This document shows, in pieces, positions 1 to 12,094 of a stretch of DNA of 59,672 nt; the stretch's first letter is position 1, and each line of letters opens with the position of its first letter. The stretch lies in contig NC_057720.1 in NCBI RefSeq assembly GCF_004010195.1, forward strand, positions 24,302 through 83,973. Reading direction: 5' to 3'. Position numbers and translations under genes: made by a program. The stretch is from Chiloscyllium plagiosum (lineage: Eukaryota). Below the pieces are notes generated by a model. The model worked only from the letters and a program-made list of their open reading frames with translations, was not told the origin of the DNA and ran no database searches.

Positions 1-191
1 TCCTCCCCCACTCACCTATTGTACTCTATGCTACTTTCTCCCCACCCCCACCCTCCTCTAGCTTATCTCTCCACTCTTCAGGCTCTCTGCCTTTATTCCT
101 GATGAAGGGCTTTTGCCCGAAACGTCGATTTTGCTGCTGGTCGGATGCTGCCTGAACTGCTGTGCTCTTCCAGCACCACTGATCCAGAACC
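1..191 (+). mobile_element. Penelope-like element family A (Neptune-type), 3' pseudo-LTR fragment
   Basis: Closely matches the 3' end of the long PLE (about 8960-9148) and includes the hammerhead core at 99-126. Confidence 0.85.
99..126 (+). ncRNA. Minimal hammerhead ribozyme motif (PLE family A)
   Basis: CTGATGA-A-GGGC-TTTT-GCCC-GAAA-CGTC: CUGAUGA and GAAA boxes, 4-bp stem II with tetraloop, and a GUC triplet. Confidence 0.8.
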
Positions 192-690
192 TTGTAGATG
201 GTAGGCAGGCTTTCAGTAGTCAGGAGGTGAGTTACTCCTGCAATAGTCTGAGGCTCTGACCTACTCTTATAGCCACTGTGATTATTTGATGAGACCTGTT
301 CAGTTTCTGGTCAATGATAACCCCCAGGAAGTTGATCATGGGGGATTCACTGATGGTAAAACCATTGAATATGATGTGGTGGTGGTTAGATTTGTCTCTT
401 TTTCATGATGGTCATTGCTTAGCATTTGTGTGGCACGAATTTTACTTGCCACTTTTCAGCCCAAGCCTGGATATTGTTGCATTTGAACATGGATGACTTC
501 AATATTTGAGGAGTCATGGATGGTGCTGAATATTGTGAAATCATTGGTGAGCATTCCCATTTCTGACCTTCTATTGAAGGGAGTGTCATTGATGAATGAA
601 GCAAAAATGGTGGAACAAAGAACACTATCCTGAGGAACTCTTAGAGCTGAGATGACTGACCTCCAACAACCACAATCATCTTCCCATGGG
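192..690 (-). mobile_element. LINE family B (CR1/L2-group), decayed RT region
   Basis: Minus-strand translation fragment NIQAWAEKWQVKFVPHKC is typical of the RT C-terminal part; colinear with 2766-3175 and 5160-5600. Confidence 0.7.
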
Positions 691-775
691 CTAGATACTC
701 TTCAAGTGAGTTGTTTAATTACCCGCCACCACTCATGTCTTGATGTGGCAGGACTGTAGAGCTTAGATCTGGTTG

Positions 776-2765
776 TGAATTGAATTGAATTGAATTGCAT
801 TTATTGTCACATGCATCGAGGCACAGTGAAAAACTTTGTCTCGCGAGCAGTACAGGCAGATCACAGAGTTAAGTAGCATAGATAAGTAAATAATAGGTAA
901 ACAGCGGCAAAAACAAAAACACAGGTACAGGCGAATGTTAAGAGTTTGAGAGTCCATTCAATATTCTAACAACAGTAGGGTAGAAACTGTTTTGAAACCG
1001 GCTGGTGCGTGTATTCTGGCTGCTTTACCTTCTCCCCGATGGTAGAGGTTGTAGAAAACCATTGCCGGCGTGGGATGGATCTTTGAGAATGCTGGCGGCC
1101 TTTCCTTGACAGCGAGCCTGGTAGATGGATTCTATAGATGGGAGGGTGGCCTTTGTGATTGTCTGGGCCGAGTTCACCACTCTCTGTAACCGTCTCCCAT
1201 CTTGAATGGTACAGTTGCCATTCCAGGTAGTGATACATTCAGACAGAATGCTCTCGATGGCAAGGGTATTTGTCGTCATGCCAAATTTTCTCAGCTGCCT
1301 GAGGAAGAAGAGACGTTGTTGGGCCTTTGTAACCAGTGCATCCACATGAAGAGTCCAAGAAAGCTTGTTGTTGGTGACCACTCCCAGGAGCTTGACACTC
1401 TCCACTCGTTCCACCTCTGGGCTATTAATATTGTAGGGAGGGCATGAGTAACATCCTGCCGAAAGTCAATAATGAATTCCTTGGTTTTACTAGCATTGAG
1501 AGCTAAGTTGTTCTCAGTGCACCATTTTTACAGGTCTTCCACCTCCTGTCTGTAGTCTGTTTCGTCGCCAACTGAGATTTGACCGACTATGGTGGTGTCA
1601 TCAGCGAACTTATAAATGGCATTAGTCTGGTATTTGGCAACGCAGTCATGGATATACAGTGAGTACCATAGGGAGCTGAATACGCACCCCTGGAGGGCTC
1701 CAGTGTTGAGTGTTAGTGAGGATGAAATATTGTAATATTGTCCCTAATCTTCACTGATTGTGGCCTGTGGGTCAAGAAACTGAAGATCCAGTTGCAGAGA
1801 GTGGGGCTTAGTCTGAGATCACTAAGTTTTGTAATCAGTCTCGAGGGGATAAAAGTGTTGAAGGCTGAACTGTAGTCAATGAGGAGGAATCTTACGTAGC
1901 TGTTCTTGGTGTCAAGATGTTCTCGGGAGGAGTGAAGGGCAAGTGATGTGGCATCTGGCATGGATCTGTCCGTCCGATAGGCAAACTGGAATGGGTCAAG
2001 AGTAGTGGGGAGGCTGGAGTTGATTAATGCCATGACCAGCCTTTCAAAGCACTTCATTATCATCGAAGTTAGGCCCATCGGGCAGTGGTTTTTAAGACTG
2101 GCTGCGTGAACATCCTTAGGCACAGGGATGATGTTGGCCCTCTTGAAACAGGCAGGGACAGGGGCCTGCTACAGGGAGAGGTTGGAGATGTCAGAGAAGA
2201 CCTCTGCCAGTGGATCTGCACATGCTCTGAGTGTACGGCCTGGTACTCTGTTTGGTCCCATCGCTTTGCTTGGATTCACACCAAGGAAAACTGATCTGAC
2301 CTCTGATGTAGTGACTGTCTTCAAGTGGATCCTCAGTTTCCTGACCCACAGGCCACAATTGGTGAAGATTAGGAACAATATTCTATCCTCACTAACACTC
2401 AACACTGGAGCCCCCCAGGAGTGCATACTCAGCCCCTTACTGTACTCACTGTATAGATTCATCAGGACTTGTCGGAATAAGCATCACCTCTCCGCCGAAA
2501 CTCTGCTCAAAGCGAGCATAGAAGGCGTTGAGATGATCTAGGAGGGATATGTCATCATCTGTTATCTTGCAATGTCTCGATTTAGAACCTGTGACATCAT
2601 TCAGTCCTTGCCATAGTTGCCGGGTGTCTGTCTGGGTCTCTAGTTTGGATCGGCATTGGTCCTTGCCTGTCCCAATGGCTCTACGAAGGTCATACTTGGA
2701 TTCCTTATATTTGTGGGATCGCTTAGCTCTGTCTATCTCTTGCTGCCAATGCTGTTTGGCAAGTA
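776..2765 (-). mobile_element. Rex1/Babar-like non-LTR retrotransposon, 5'-truncated and decayed
   Basis: RT motifs MKCFERLV, LDPFQFAYR, DYSSAFNT and KAQQRLFFLRQLRKFG; minus-strand 3' end has AATAAA followed by an (AATTC)n tail at about 776-805. Confidence 0.8.
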
Positions 2766-3175
2766 ATCCTGTTTGGTGGCTTCACCAGGTTGACACCTCA
2801 TCTTCTGGTATGCCTAATGCTGCTCCTGGCATACCCTCCTGCACTGTCCATTGAACCAGGGTTGATCCCCTGGCTCGATGGTAATGGTTGAGTGGGGGGA
2901 TATGCTGGGCCATGAGGTTACAGATTGTGCTGGAGTATAGTTCTGCTGCTGTTGATGGCCCACAGCACTTCATGAATACTCGGTCTTGAGTTGCTTGAAC
3001 TGTTCAAAGTCTGTGCCATTTAGTACAGTGATAATGTCACACAACATGATGGAAGATATTCCCAATGTTAAAGCAGGACTTTGACTCCACAAGGACTGTG
3101 CAATGGTCACTATTACCAGTCCTGTCATGGTCAGATGCATCTGCAGGTGGTAGTTCAAAAAGGGTGAGGTCTCCA
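2766..3175 (-). mobile_element. LINE family B, internal fragment
   Basis: Decayed segment between APE and RT (TICNLMAQHIP...); continues the 192-690 fragment across the Rex insertion. Confidence 0.6.
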
Positions 3176-4755
3176 AACCATAGTCAGGAGTTGGGGCACA
3201 AGATACACCAGCAGATAGGAATGATGTGTAGGAAAGACAAAGTTGCAGTGAGCATGGGGGATTTCAATATGCAAGTGGTCTGGGAAAATTAGATTAGTAG
3301 TAGTTTGCAAGAAAAGGAATTTGTGGAATGTCTACAAGAGGTCTTTTGGAGCCCACTAGGGAATAGGCAACACTGGATTTAGCGTTGTGCAATGAGGAAG
3401 ACTTGATAAGGGAGCTTAAGGTGAAGGAACCCTTAGGAAACAGTGATCATAATATAATTGAATATATTCTGCAATTTGAGAGGGAGAAGGTAGAATCAGA
3501 GGTAATGGTATTACAGCTGAATAAAGGCATGAGGGAGGAACTCGGTAGAGTTGACTGGGAGGGGATCCTAGCAGGAAAGACAGTGGAATAGCAATGGCAG
3601 GAGTTTCTGGGAGTAATTCAGGAGGCACAGCAGGAATTCATCGTGAGGAAAAAGAAGCTTGGTACAAGAAGGATGAGGTAACCCTGGCTGACTAGAGAAG
3701 TGAGGGATAGCATAAAAATAAAAGAGAAAACATATAATGTGGTGAAGGACAGTGGGAAACCAGAGGATTGGGAGGGTTACAAAGACCAATAGAGGGTAAC
3801 AAAAAATGAAATAAGGAGGGAGAAGATTAAATATGAGGATAAGCTAGTCAGTAATATAAAGGAAGACTGTAAAAGTTTCTTTAGATATATAAACAGCAAA
3901 AGAGAGGCAAAAGTGGACATTAGGCCACTGGAAAATTATGCTGGAGAGATAGTAGTGGGGAACTAGGAAATGGCTGTGGAACTGGATAATTACTTTGTGT
4001 CAGTTTTCACAGTGCAAGACACAAATAATATCCCAAAAATTCAAGAGAGTGAGAGGGTAAAGCTAAGTATGATGGCCATCACCAGGGAGAAGATGTTAGA
4101 AAAACTGAAAGTGGATAAGTCACCTGTACCAGATTGACTACACCCTAGAATTCTAAAGGAGATAGCTGAAGAGATAGCAGAGGCGTTAGTGGTTATCTTT
4201 CAGAATTTGCTGGAGTCAGGGAGGGTCCCAGAGGACTGGAAAATCGCTAACGTGATACTCCTGTTTAAAAAAGGACTAAGGCAAAAAATGGAAAATTATA
4301 GACAAATTCATCTAACCTCAGTCATGGGTAAGATGCTGGAATCCATTGTGAAGGTTGTGATTTCTGAATACTTGGAAGCGTATGGTAAAATAGGGCAAAG
4401 TCAGCATGGTTTCATCAAGGGGAGATCATGCCTGACAAATCTACTAAACTTCTTTGCGAAGGCAATGAGCAGGATAGACCAAAGAGAGCCACTGGATGTT
4501 ATTCTAGGACTTCAGGAAGGCCTTCGACAAGTTGCTGCCTAACTTTATACATTAATGATCTCGATGAAGGAACTGAGGGCATTCTGACTAAGTTTACAGA
4601 CTATACAAAAGTAGGTAGAGGGTCAGGTGGGAAGGCTGCAGAAGGATTTGGACAGGTTAGGAGAGTGGGCAAAAAAGTCGCAGATGGAGTACAGTATGAG
4701 AAGGTGTAAGGTTATGCATTTTGGTCGGAAGAATAAAGGCATGGACTATTTTCCA
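3176..4755 (+). mobile_element. CR1 LINE ORF2 fragment (APE C-terminus to RT)
   Basis: MGDFNM, EPLGNSDHN, VPEDWKIANV and SQHGFIKGRSCLTNL motifs, with stops and frameshifts. Confidence 0.9.
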
Positions 4756-4756
4756 A

Positions 4757-5158
4757 ATAAAACCAATCTGACTCCAGATTGGAACACAGACAGACTCTAA
4801 CCTCACACCTTTAATGTCTGAGCTGAGATGTTACTTTTTTTTGTCCATTGATAAAACCTTAAGTTATCTTACAACTATGATTTGAAAAGAAATTCTGGGA
4901 TTTACATATTATTCAATTCAAACCTGCATCCCTATTTGAAGTGATTAAAGACTTAACAGCAATCTAGGTTAGTCTAATACGTCTCATCAGTTGTATGCCA
5001 CTTTGATCTTGCACTTATAAATCCGATATCCTCTGATCCTGCACCACCAGCTCCCTGATGAAGGAGCAGCACTCTGAAAGCTTGTACTTCCAAATAAACC
5101 TGTTATACTATAGCCTGCTGTTGTGTGATTTTTAACTTTGTCCATCCCAGTCCAAGTG
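4757..5158 (+). mobile_element. PLE family C, 3' UTR/pseudo-LTR fragment
   Basis: Homologous to the reverse complement of about 17310-17700; carries a hammerhead motif at 5055-5083. Confidence 0.7.
5055..5083 (+). ncRNA. Minimal hammerhead ribozyme motif (PLE family C)
   Basis: CTGATGA-A-GGAG-CAGCA-CTCT-GAAA-GCTT: core boxes flanking a stem II whose sequence differs from family A. Confidence 0.65.
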
Positions 5159-5159
5159 T

Positions 5160-5600
5160 CTCCACTGTCTTGGTGGTGGACATTGAATTCCCCATCCAGA
5201 GTACATTTTGTATCCTTGCCACCCTCAGTGCTTCCTCCAGGTTGCTGTTCTGTATTGAAGAGTACCAATTCATCGGCTGAAACATGATAGTCTGCAGGAC
5301 GTTTCCTTACCCATGTCTAATTTGTAGCCATGAGACTTCTTGGGGTTTGGAGTCAACGTTGATGATTCCCCAGCAACCGTCTCCCGACTGTAAACTATTG
5401 TGCCACCCCCTCTGCTGAGTCTGTCCTGCTGAAGGGACAGGATATATCCAGGGATGGTGATGGTGGTGTCTGGGACATTGCCTGTAAGGTATGATTATGT
5501 GAATATGACTGCGTCAGGGTGTTGTATAATTATTCTGTGAGGCAACTCTCCCAATGTTGGCACTAGCTCCCAGATGTCAGTGAAGAGGATTTGAAGGGTC
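5160..5600 (-). mobile_element. LINE family B, APE endonuclease N-terminus
   Basis: Reverse complement matches 31470-31685; reading includes ARIQNVLWMGNS/GEFNVHHQ. Confidence 0.7.
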
Positions 5601-5664
5601 ATAAAATTATAGTGTTATACAGCATGGAAACAGACTCCTCGTCCACACCAACCAGATATCATAG

Positions 5665-5999
5665 AACACAGAACATTCCATTGGCAGGAGAGACTAGGAT
5701 CTGAGGGCACAGCCTTAGAGGAAAGGGAAGACCTTTTAGAATGGAGAAAAGGAGAAACTTCTTTGGGAGAGAATAGTGAATCTATGGAATTCATTGCCAC
5801 AAAAGGCTTTGGAGGCCAGGTCATTGAATATACTCAAATCAGAGATAGATAAATTCTTGATTGCCAAGGGGATCAAAGGTTGCAGGGACAAAGCGGGAAA
5901 ATGGGATTGAAAAACCTATCAGCCATGATTAAATGGTGGAGCAGACTCAATGGGTTGAATGGCCTAATTTCTGTGGCTATGTCTTATGATCTTATGATC
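5665..5999 (+). mobile_element. CR1 LINE 3' end
   Basis: ORF2 C-terminal RNFF...VNLWNSLP-type segment and a tgtcttatgatcttatgatc tail; flanked by minus-strand CR1 3' tip pieces. Confidence 0.75.
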
Positions 6000-6423
6000 G
6001 TCTATGTCCTGTACTGATGTAGTCCCATTTGCCAGCATCCTTCTAAACCTTTCCCATTTATGTACCCATTTGGATGCCTTTTAAATCCTCAGGAGAATTC
6101 ATACTCTCAACAAACAGTATTTCAACACCATCTCAAACATCAAAAACTGTAAGTACAACAAACTTTTATCTACCCACCTCCATAACCAGCGCTCCTCAAA
6201 CATTCCAGTAGATTCCCCCGGTCTCTGGAACTGCTCAGACACCATTAGCCATGTGGCTGGTGCTGCTACCATCCCCACAGTGATCGATGACGTCCATCAT
6301 GGCTGCTTCCACAGCCACTTCCGCCCCTCACAATTCCTCATGCACCACACGTGACATCACTTCCGCCCCTCACACCATCGCTGATGTCAGACGCTCAGTG
6401 ACTTCCGCCCCCACCCCACTGCC

Positions 6424-8820
6424 GTGTTTGCCACCACTTCCGTCCCCACCAAAGCCACTCACCTGCATTCTGCCGACACTCTCCCCACAGATCCCACTGT
6501 CACCATCCCTGCCCCCCAGAACCCTGAGGGGAACACCACCCCTGCTCATGACTCCACCCCCATTCCCCCCACCATCACACCCACTCCAGTTACCGGCTCC
6601 GCACCTACTCCCAGCTCCACACCTACACCAGATCCCAACTCCCAGCCCTGCCGAGTTTTCATCATCCCTCCAGACCTCCCCCTCACTGAGGACGAACGAT
6701 CAGTCCTCAGCAAAGGCCTCACCTTCATCCCCCTCCATCCATGTAACAATGAATTTAATACACACCGTTACAGCGAACACTTCTTCCGCCACCTCTGCCT
6801 CCGCCTCCGAGCTTACTTTCACAATCAGGACTCCCGCCCACCTTCTGAGGACCCCTTCGCCCACCTCCAACACACTCCATCCACCTGGACATCCCGCACT
6901 GGCCTATTACCTGCCCTCGACCTCTTCATTTCCCACTGCCGCCGGGACATTAACCGCCTCAACCTGTCTACCCCCCTCCCCCACTCCAACCTCTCACTCT
7001 CACAACGCGCAGCCCTCCAATCCCTCTGCTCTAATCCCAACTTCACCATCAAGCCAGCAGATAAAGGGGGCGCAGTGGTAGTCTGGCGCACTGATCTCTA
7101 CACTGCTGAAGCCAAACGCCAACTCGAGGACAACTACTCGTACCACCCCCTCGACCATGATCCCATCACCAAACCATCATCTTCCAGTCCATACAGAACC
7201 TCATCACCTCAGGAGAACTCCCACCCACAGCTTCCAACCACATAGTCCGGGAACCCCGCACTGCCCGGTTCTACCTCCGTCCCAAGGTCCACAAGCCTGA
7301 CCACACTGGCCGACCCATTGTCTCAGCATGCTCCTGCCCCACTGAACTCATCTCTACCTACCTTGACACTGTCTTATTTCCCCCTAGTCCAGGTACACTC
7401 CACATACATTTGAGACACCACCCATGCCCTCCACCTCCTCCAAGACTTCCGTTTCCCCGGCCCCCAACGCCTCATCTTCACCATGGATATCCAATCCCTA
7501 TACACCTCCATCCACCATGACCAAGGCCTCAAGCCCTCCATTTCTTCCCCTCCCGACGTCCCCAACAGTACCATTCCACAGGCACTCTCAATCGTTTGGT
7601 CGAACTGGTCCTCACCCTTAACAATTTCTCCTTCGAATCCTCCCACTTCCTCCAGACCAAAGGGGTAGCCATGTGGGCCCCAGCTTTGTCTGTCTCTTTG
7701 TTGGCTACGTAGAACTGTCCATCTTCCGTAGTTACACTGGCACCACTCCTCACCTCTTCCTCCGCTACATTGATGACTGCATTGGCGTCATCTCATGCTC
7801 CCGCGAGGAGGTTGAGCAATTCATCAACTTCACCAACACATTCCACCCTGACCTTAAATTTACCTGGACCATTTCTGACACCTCGTTCCCCTTCCTGGAC
7901 CTCTCCATCTCCGTTAATGACGACCGACTTGACACTGACATTTTTTACAAACCCACCGACTCCCACAGCTACCTGGATTACACCTCTTCCCACCCTACCT
8001 CCAGGAAAAATGCCATTCCGTATTCCCAATTCCTCCGCCTCCTCCGTATCTGCTCCCAGGAGGACCAGTTCCACCACAGAACACACCAGGTGGCCTCCTT
8101 CTTTAGAGACCGCAATTTCCATTCCAACGTGGTTAAAGATGCCCTCCAACGGATCTCATCCACATCCCGCACCTCCACCCTCAGACCCCACCCCTCCAAC
8201 TGTAACAAGGACAGAACCCCCCCGGTGCTCACCTTCCACCCTACCAACCTTCGCATAAACCAAATCATCCGCCGACATTTCCGCCACCTCCAAAAAGACC
8301 CCACCACCAGGGATATATTTCCTCCCCACCCCTTTCCATCTTCCGCAAAGACCGTTTCCTCCGTGACTACCTGGTCAGGTCCATGCCCCCCAACAAACTC
8401 CCGTCCTGGCACCCTCCCCTGCCACCGCAGGAATTGCAAACCCTGCGCCTACACCTCCTCCCTCACCTCCATCCAAGACCCCAAAGGAGCCTTCCATATC
8501 CATCAATGTTTACCTGCACATCGACCAATATCATTTATTGTATTCGTTTCTCCCGATGCGGTTTCCTCTACATTGGGGAGACTGGGCGCCTCCTAGCAGA
8601 GCGCTTTAGGGAACATCTCTGGGATACCTGCACCAATCAAACACGCCACCCTGTGGCCAACATTTCAAAACCCCCTCCCACTTTGCCGAGGACATGGAGG
8701 TCCTGGGCCTCCTTCACCGCTGCTCCCTCACCACCAGATGCCTGGAGAAAGAACGCCTCATCTTCTGCCTCAGAACACTTCAATCCCAGGGCATCAATGT
8801 GAACTTCAACAGTTTCCTCA
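6424..8820 (+). pseudogene. Disrupted PLE RT-GIY-YIG ORF
   Basis: ORF pieces 6424-7245, 7483-7668, 7673-8596 and 8383-8802 join via frameshifts into one PLE polyprotein. Confidence 0.85.
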
Positions 8821-9057
8821 TTTCCCCTTCCCCCACCTCACCCTAGTTCCAAACTTGCAGCTCAGCACCATCCCCATGACTTGTCTGGACTTGTCCTATC
8901 TTCCTATCTTCCTTTCCACTTATCCACTCCACTCTCCTCCCTGACCTATCACCTTCATCCCCACCCCCACTCATCTATTTTGCTCTATGCTACTTTCTCC
9001 CCACCTCCACCCTCCTCTCATTTATCTCTCCACCCTGCAGGCACTCTGCCTCTATTC

Positions 9058-9085
9058 CTGATGAAGGACTTTTGCCCGAAACATC
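9058..9085 (+). ncRNA. Minimal hammerhead motif in the pseudo-LTR of the long PLE
   Basis: CTGATGA-A-GGAC-TTTT-GCCC-GAAA-CATC, with one stem II mismatch. Confidence 0.7.
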
Positions 9086-9149
9086 AATTTTCCTGCTCCT
9101 CGGATGCTGCCTGAACTGCTGTGCTTTTCTAGCACCACTCTAATCCAGA

Positions 9150-10620
9150 GAGAAAACAAGGAATTGTAGACCAGTGAATCTAATGTCAGTAGTGGGGAAG
9201 ATGCTAGAGTCCACATTCAAGGATTCTATACCAAAACATTTTGAAAACAGATGCAGTCAGCATAGATTTACAAGGGGAAAATATTTTGATAAAGTTATTA
9301 GAATTCCTCGAGGATATAATTGATAGAGCTAATCGGGGGGAGCCAGTGGATGCAGTTTATTTGAACTTTCAGAAGGCATTCATCAAAATCCCACATAAGA
9401 GACTAATTTGTAAAATTTAAGCACATGGAATAGGGAGAAGTGCATTGAGATGGATAGAAAACAGATTACCAGGTAAGAAATAATGAGGAGGTATAAATGG
9501 GTCAATTTTCCGAATGGCAGGGTAATAGTGCGGTACAGCTGACAAGTTGGGATTGGTGCTGGGACCCCAACTATTCACAATATATGTTAATGATTTGGAT
9601 GAGAGAATTAAATTTAATATCTCAGGATTTGCAAACAATTTTACCAGTTGAAGGGTTTGCTGTGAGATTGTGCAGAATTGTGTTGTGTGATTTGGAGAGC
9701 CTGAGTGAGTGAACAAGTGTATGGTAGATGCAGTCTAATTTGGATAAATGTGAGGTTATCCACTTCGGTAGCAAAAATGGGAAGACAAATTATTATTTGA
9801 ATGTCTGTAAAATCGAGAGAGGGGAATGTTCACTGACATCTGGGTGTCCTTATTCACCGGTCACTGTAAGTAAATGTCCAGGTGCAGCAGGCAGTAGAGC
9901 AGGTAAACTGTATGTTAGAACATAGAACATAGAACAATACAACACAGAACAGGCCCTTCGGCCCACGATGTTGTCCTTCATAGTGAGAGGGTTCGAGTTT
10001 AGGAGCAAGGATGTCTTACTACAATGATACAGGGTCTTGGTGAGGCCACACCTGAAATATTGTGTCAAGTTTTGATCTCCTTATCTGAGAAAGGATGTTC
10101 TTGCTATAGCTGGAGTGCAGCAAAAGTTTGCAAATTGATTCCTGATCCAAATTAATGGCAGGATTGATATATGAGGAGAGCTTGAGTCAGTTAGGATTGT
10201 AGTTACTGGAGTTTAGAAAAATGAAGGGGAAATTTTGTGAGACACAATAACATTCTAATAGGAACCGACAGGGTAGATGCAGGAAGGATGTTTCCAATGG
10301 TAGGGGAGTCCAGAACCAGGGATCATTGTTTATGGAAACAGGATAAACCTGTCAGGACTGAGATGGAAAGAAAGTTCTTTATCCAGAGAGTGGTGAGTCT
10401 GTATAGGTCACTACCGCAGAAAGTGGTTGAAGACAGAACATTTTGTGTTTTCAAGGATAAGGTAAATAAAGTTCCAGTGGCTAAAATGGTTAAGGGATGT
10501 GAGGATGGGGGGGCGAGCAGGATTAGGGTGTTGAGCTCGATGATTAGTTACGATCATATTGAGTAATGGAGCAGGGCCAGGGGTTCTCCTGCTCCTAGCT
10601 TCCCTGTTTCTATGTTTCTA
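9150..10620 (+). mobile_element. CR1 LINE, RT to 3' end (old), with a small minus-strand CR1 3' tip at about 9916-9975
   Basis: NLDKCEVIHFG and RKFFIQRVV motifs; tttctatgtttcta tail. Confidence 0.85.
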
Positions 10621-10756
10621 AACCCTCTAGAACAGAAAGGAATGTGGGAATAACATTGAGTTGGATTTGATTTTCATAGGATCACCGAACATCCAAGGAG
10701 ACCATTCAGTCCATCACATCGTGTGCAAGAAAATTCAAGTAAATAACAACATAATT

Positions 10757-10930
10757 GCATTAGATTGGAATCTCTACAGTGTGGAAACAGGCCCTTTGGC
10801 CCACCAAGTCCACACCGCTCCTCCAAAAGAAAAACCCACCCAGACCCATTCCCCTACCCTATATTTACACCTGACTAATGCACCCAACACTGTGGGCAAT
10901 TTTGTACGGCCAATTCACCTGACCTGCACA
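10757..10930 (-). mobile_element. HE1-like SINE, 3' part
   Basis: Reverse complement of about 11460-11610. Confidence 0.75.
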
Positions 10931-11229
10931 TTACCCAGTAGCCAATTCAGAGACACGCAGCATTTGGTTTGCAAAACTAAAATATAAATGCTCACTCTTT
11001 TAAATATAATCCTGTCTAAAATTCAGGGAGGTACAAGCTGAGTGGCACTATTGCAAAGCTATTAATCCAGAAACTTGGCAAATGTTATAGAACTTAGAAC
11101 ATTACAGTGCATACAGGCCCTTCAGCCCTCGATGTTGTGCCAACCTATGGAACCAATCTGAAACCCATCTATCCAATTCTATTCTATTTTCATTCATATG
11201 TTTATGGGGACCCAGGTTTGAACCCACCA

Positions 11230-11850
11230 AGACACATAGAACATAGAAGAATACAGCGCAGTACAGGCCCTTCGCAGTACAGCGCAGTACAGGCTCCCTT
11301 TGTGGGCGGCACGGTGGCACAGTGGTTAGCACTGCTGCCTCGCAGCGCCAGAGACCCGGGTTCAATTCCCGCCTCAGGCGACTGACTGTGTGGAGTTTGC
11401 ACGTTCTCCCCGTGTCTGCGTGGGTTTCCTCCGGGGGCTCCGGTTTCCTCCCACAGTCCAAAGATGTGCAAGTCAGGTGAATTTGCCATGCTAAATTGCC
11501 CGTAGTGTTAGGTAAAGGGGTAAATGTAGGGGTATGGGTGGGTTACGCTTCGGCGGGTCGGTGTGGACTTGTTGGGCCAAAGGGCCTGTTTCCACACTGT
11601 AAGTAATCTAATCTAATCTAATCTAATCGATGTTGCGCCGATCCAAGCCCACCTAACCTACATTAGCCCATTATCCTCCATATGCCTATCCAATGCCCGC
11701 TTAAATGCCCATAATGAGGGAGAGTCCACCACTGCTACTGGCAGGGCATTCCATGAACTCATGACTCGCTGAGTAAAGAATCTACCCCTAACATCTGTCC
11801 TATACCTACCCCCCCCTTAATTTAAAGCTATGCCCCCTTGTAATAGCTGA
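11230..11850 (-). mobile_element. CR1 3' end, split by the HE1 SINE
   Basis: (atagaac)n tail and body closely match 40380-40640. Confidence 0.8.
11302..11627 (+). mobile_element. Full-length HE1-like tRNA-derived V-SINE
   Basis: Pol III A box TGGCACAGTGG (11315-11325) and B box GGTTCAATTCC (11359-11369); V-domain-like TGTGGAGTTTGCACGTTCTCCCCGTGTCTGCGTGGGTTTCC; CR1-like 3' tail ending in (AATCT)n. Confidence 0.9.
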
Positions 11851-12094
11851 AGGAATTTGAATTCAATACACATGTGGAATGAAAAATATACTGTTGACTA
11901 TGAAACATTTGCCGAAACCAATGTCACTGATGTTCTTTAGGGAAGGAAATCTGCCATCTTCACCTAGTCCGGCCCACGTGTGATTCCAGACCCACAACAA
12001 TGTGGCTGACTCTCAACTGTCCTCTGAAACGGCCGAGCAAGCCAATCACTTGTACCAATTAATATGAAGTCTGGACCACCTGGCATCAACCAAG

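Larger units (their letters stand above)
6086..9148 (+). mobile_element. Near full-length Penelope-like element, family A (Neptune-type): RT + GIY-YIG endonuclease, frameshifted
   Basis: LSKGLTFIP, IKPADKGGAVVV, MDIQSLYTSI, RYIDD, FLDL and YKPTDSHSYL RT motifs; Cys-rich linker CHRRNCKPC; GIY-YIG NIIYCI...LYIGETGRLLAERFREH; 3' pseudo-LTR. Confidence 0.92.
11040..12090 (+). mobile_element. LINE family B 5' head/UTR, interrupted by CR1 3' tips and an HE1 SINE
   Basis: Pieces 11040-11087, 11200-11230 and 11850-12090 align with 31100-31430. Confidence 0.6.

Noticed and set aside
6287..7081. 264-aa Pro/Ser/Thr-rich mucin-like ORF
   Set aside because: It is an alternative frame of the C-rich PLE coding strand.
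7793..8439. Antisense ORFs over the PLE RT, and similar ORFs over CR1 copies
   Set aside because: Shadow ORFs with no independent motif support.
11302..11375. tRNA gene
   Set aside because: A and B boxes are present, but the sequence continues into a SINE body and tail and is multicopy, so it is a SINE head.
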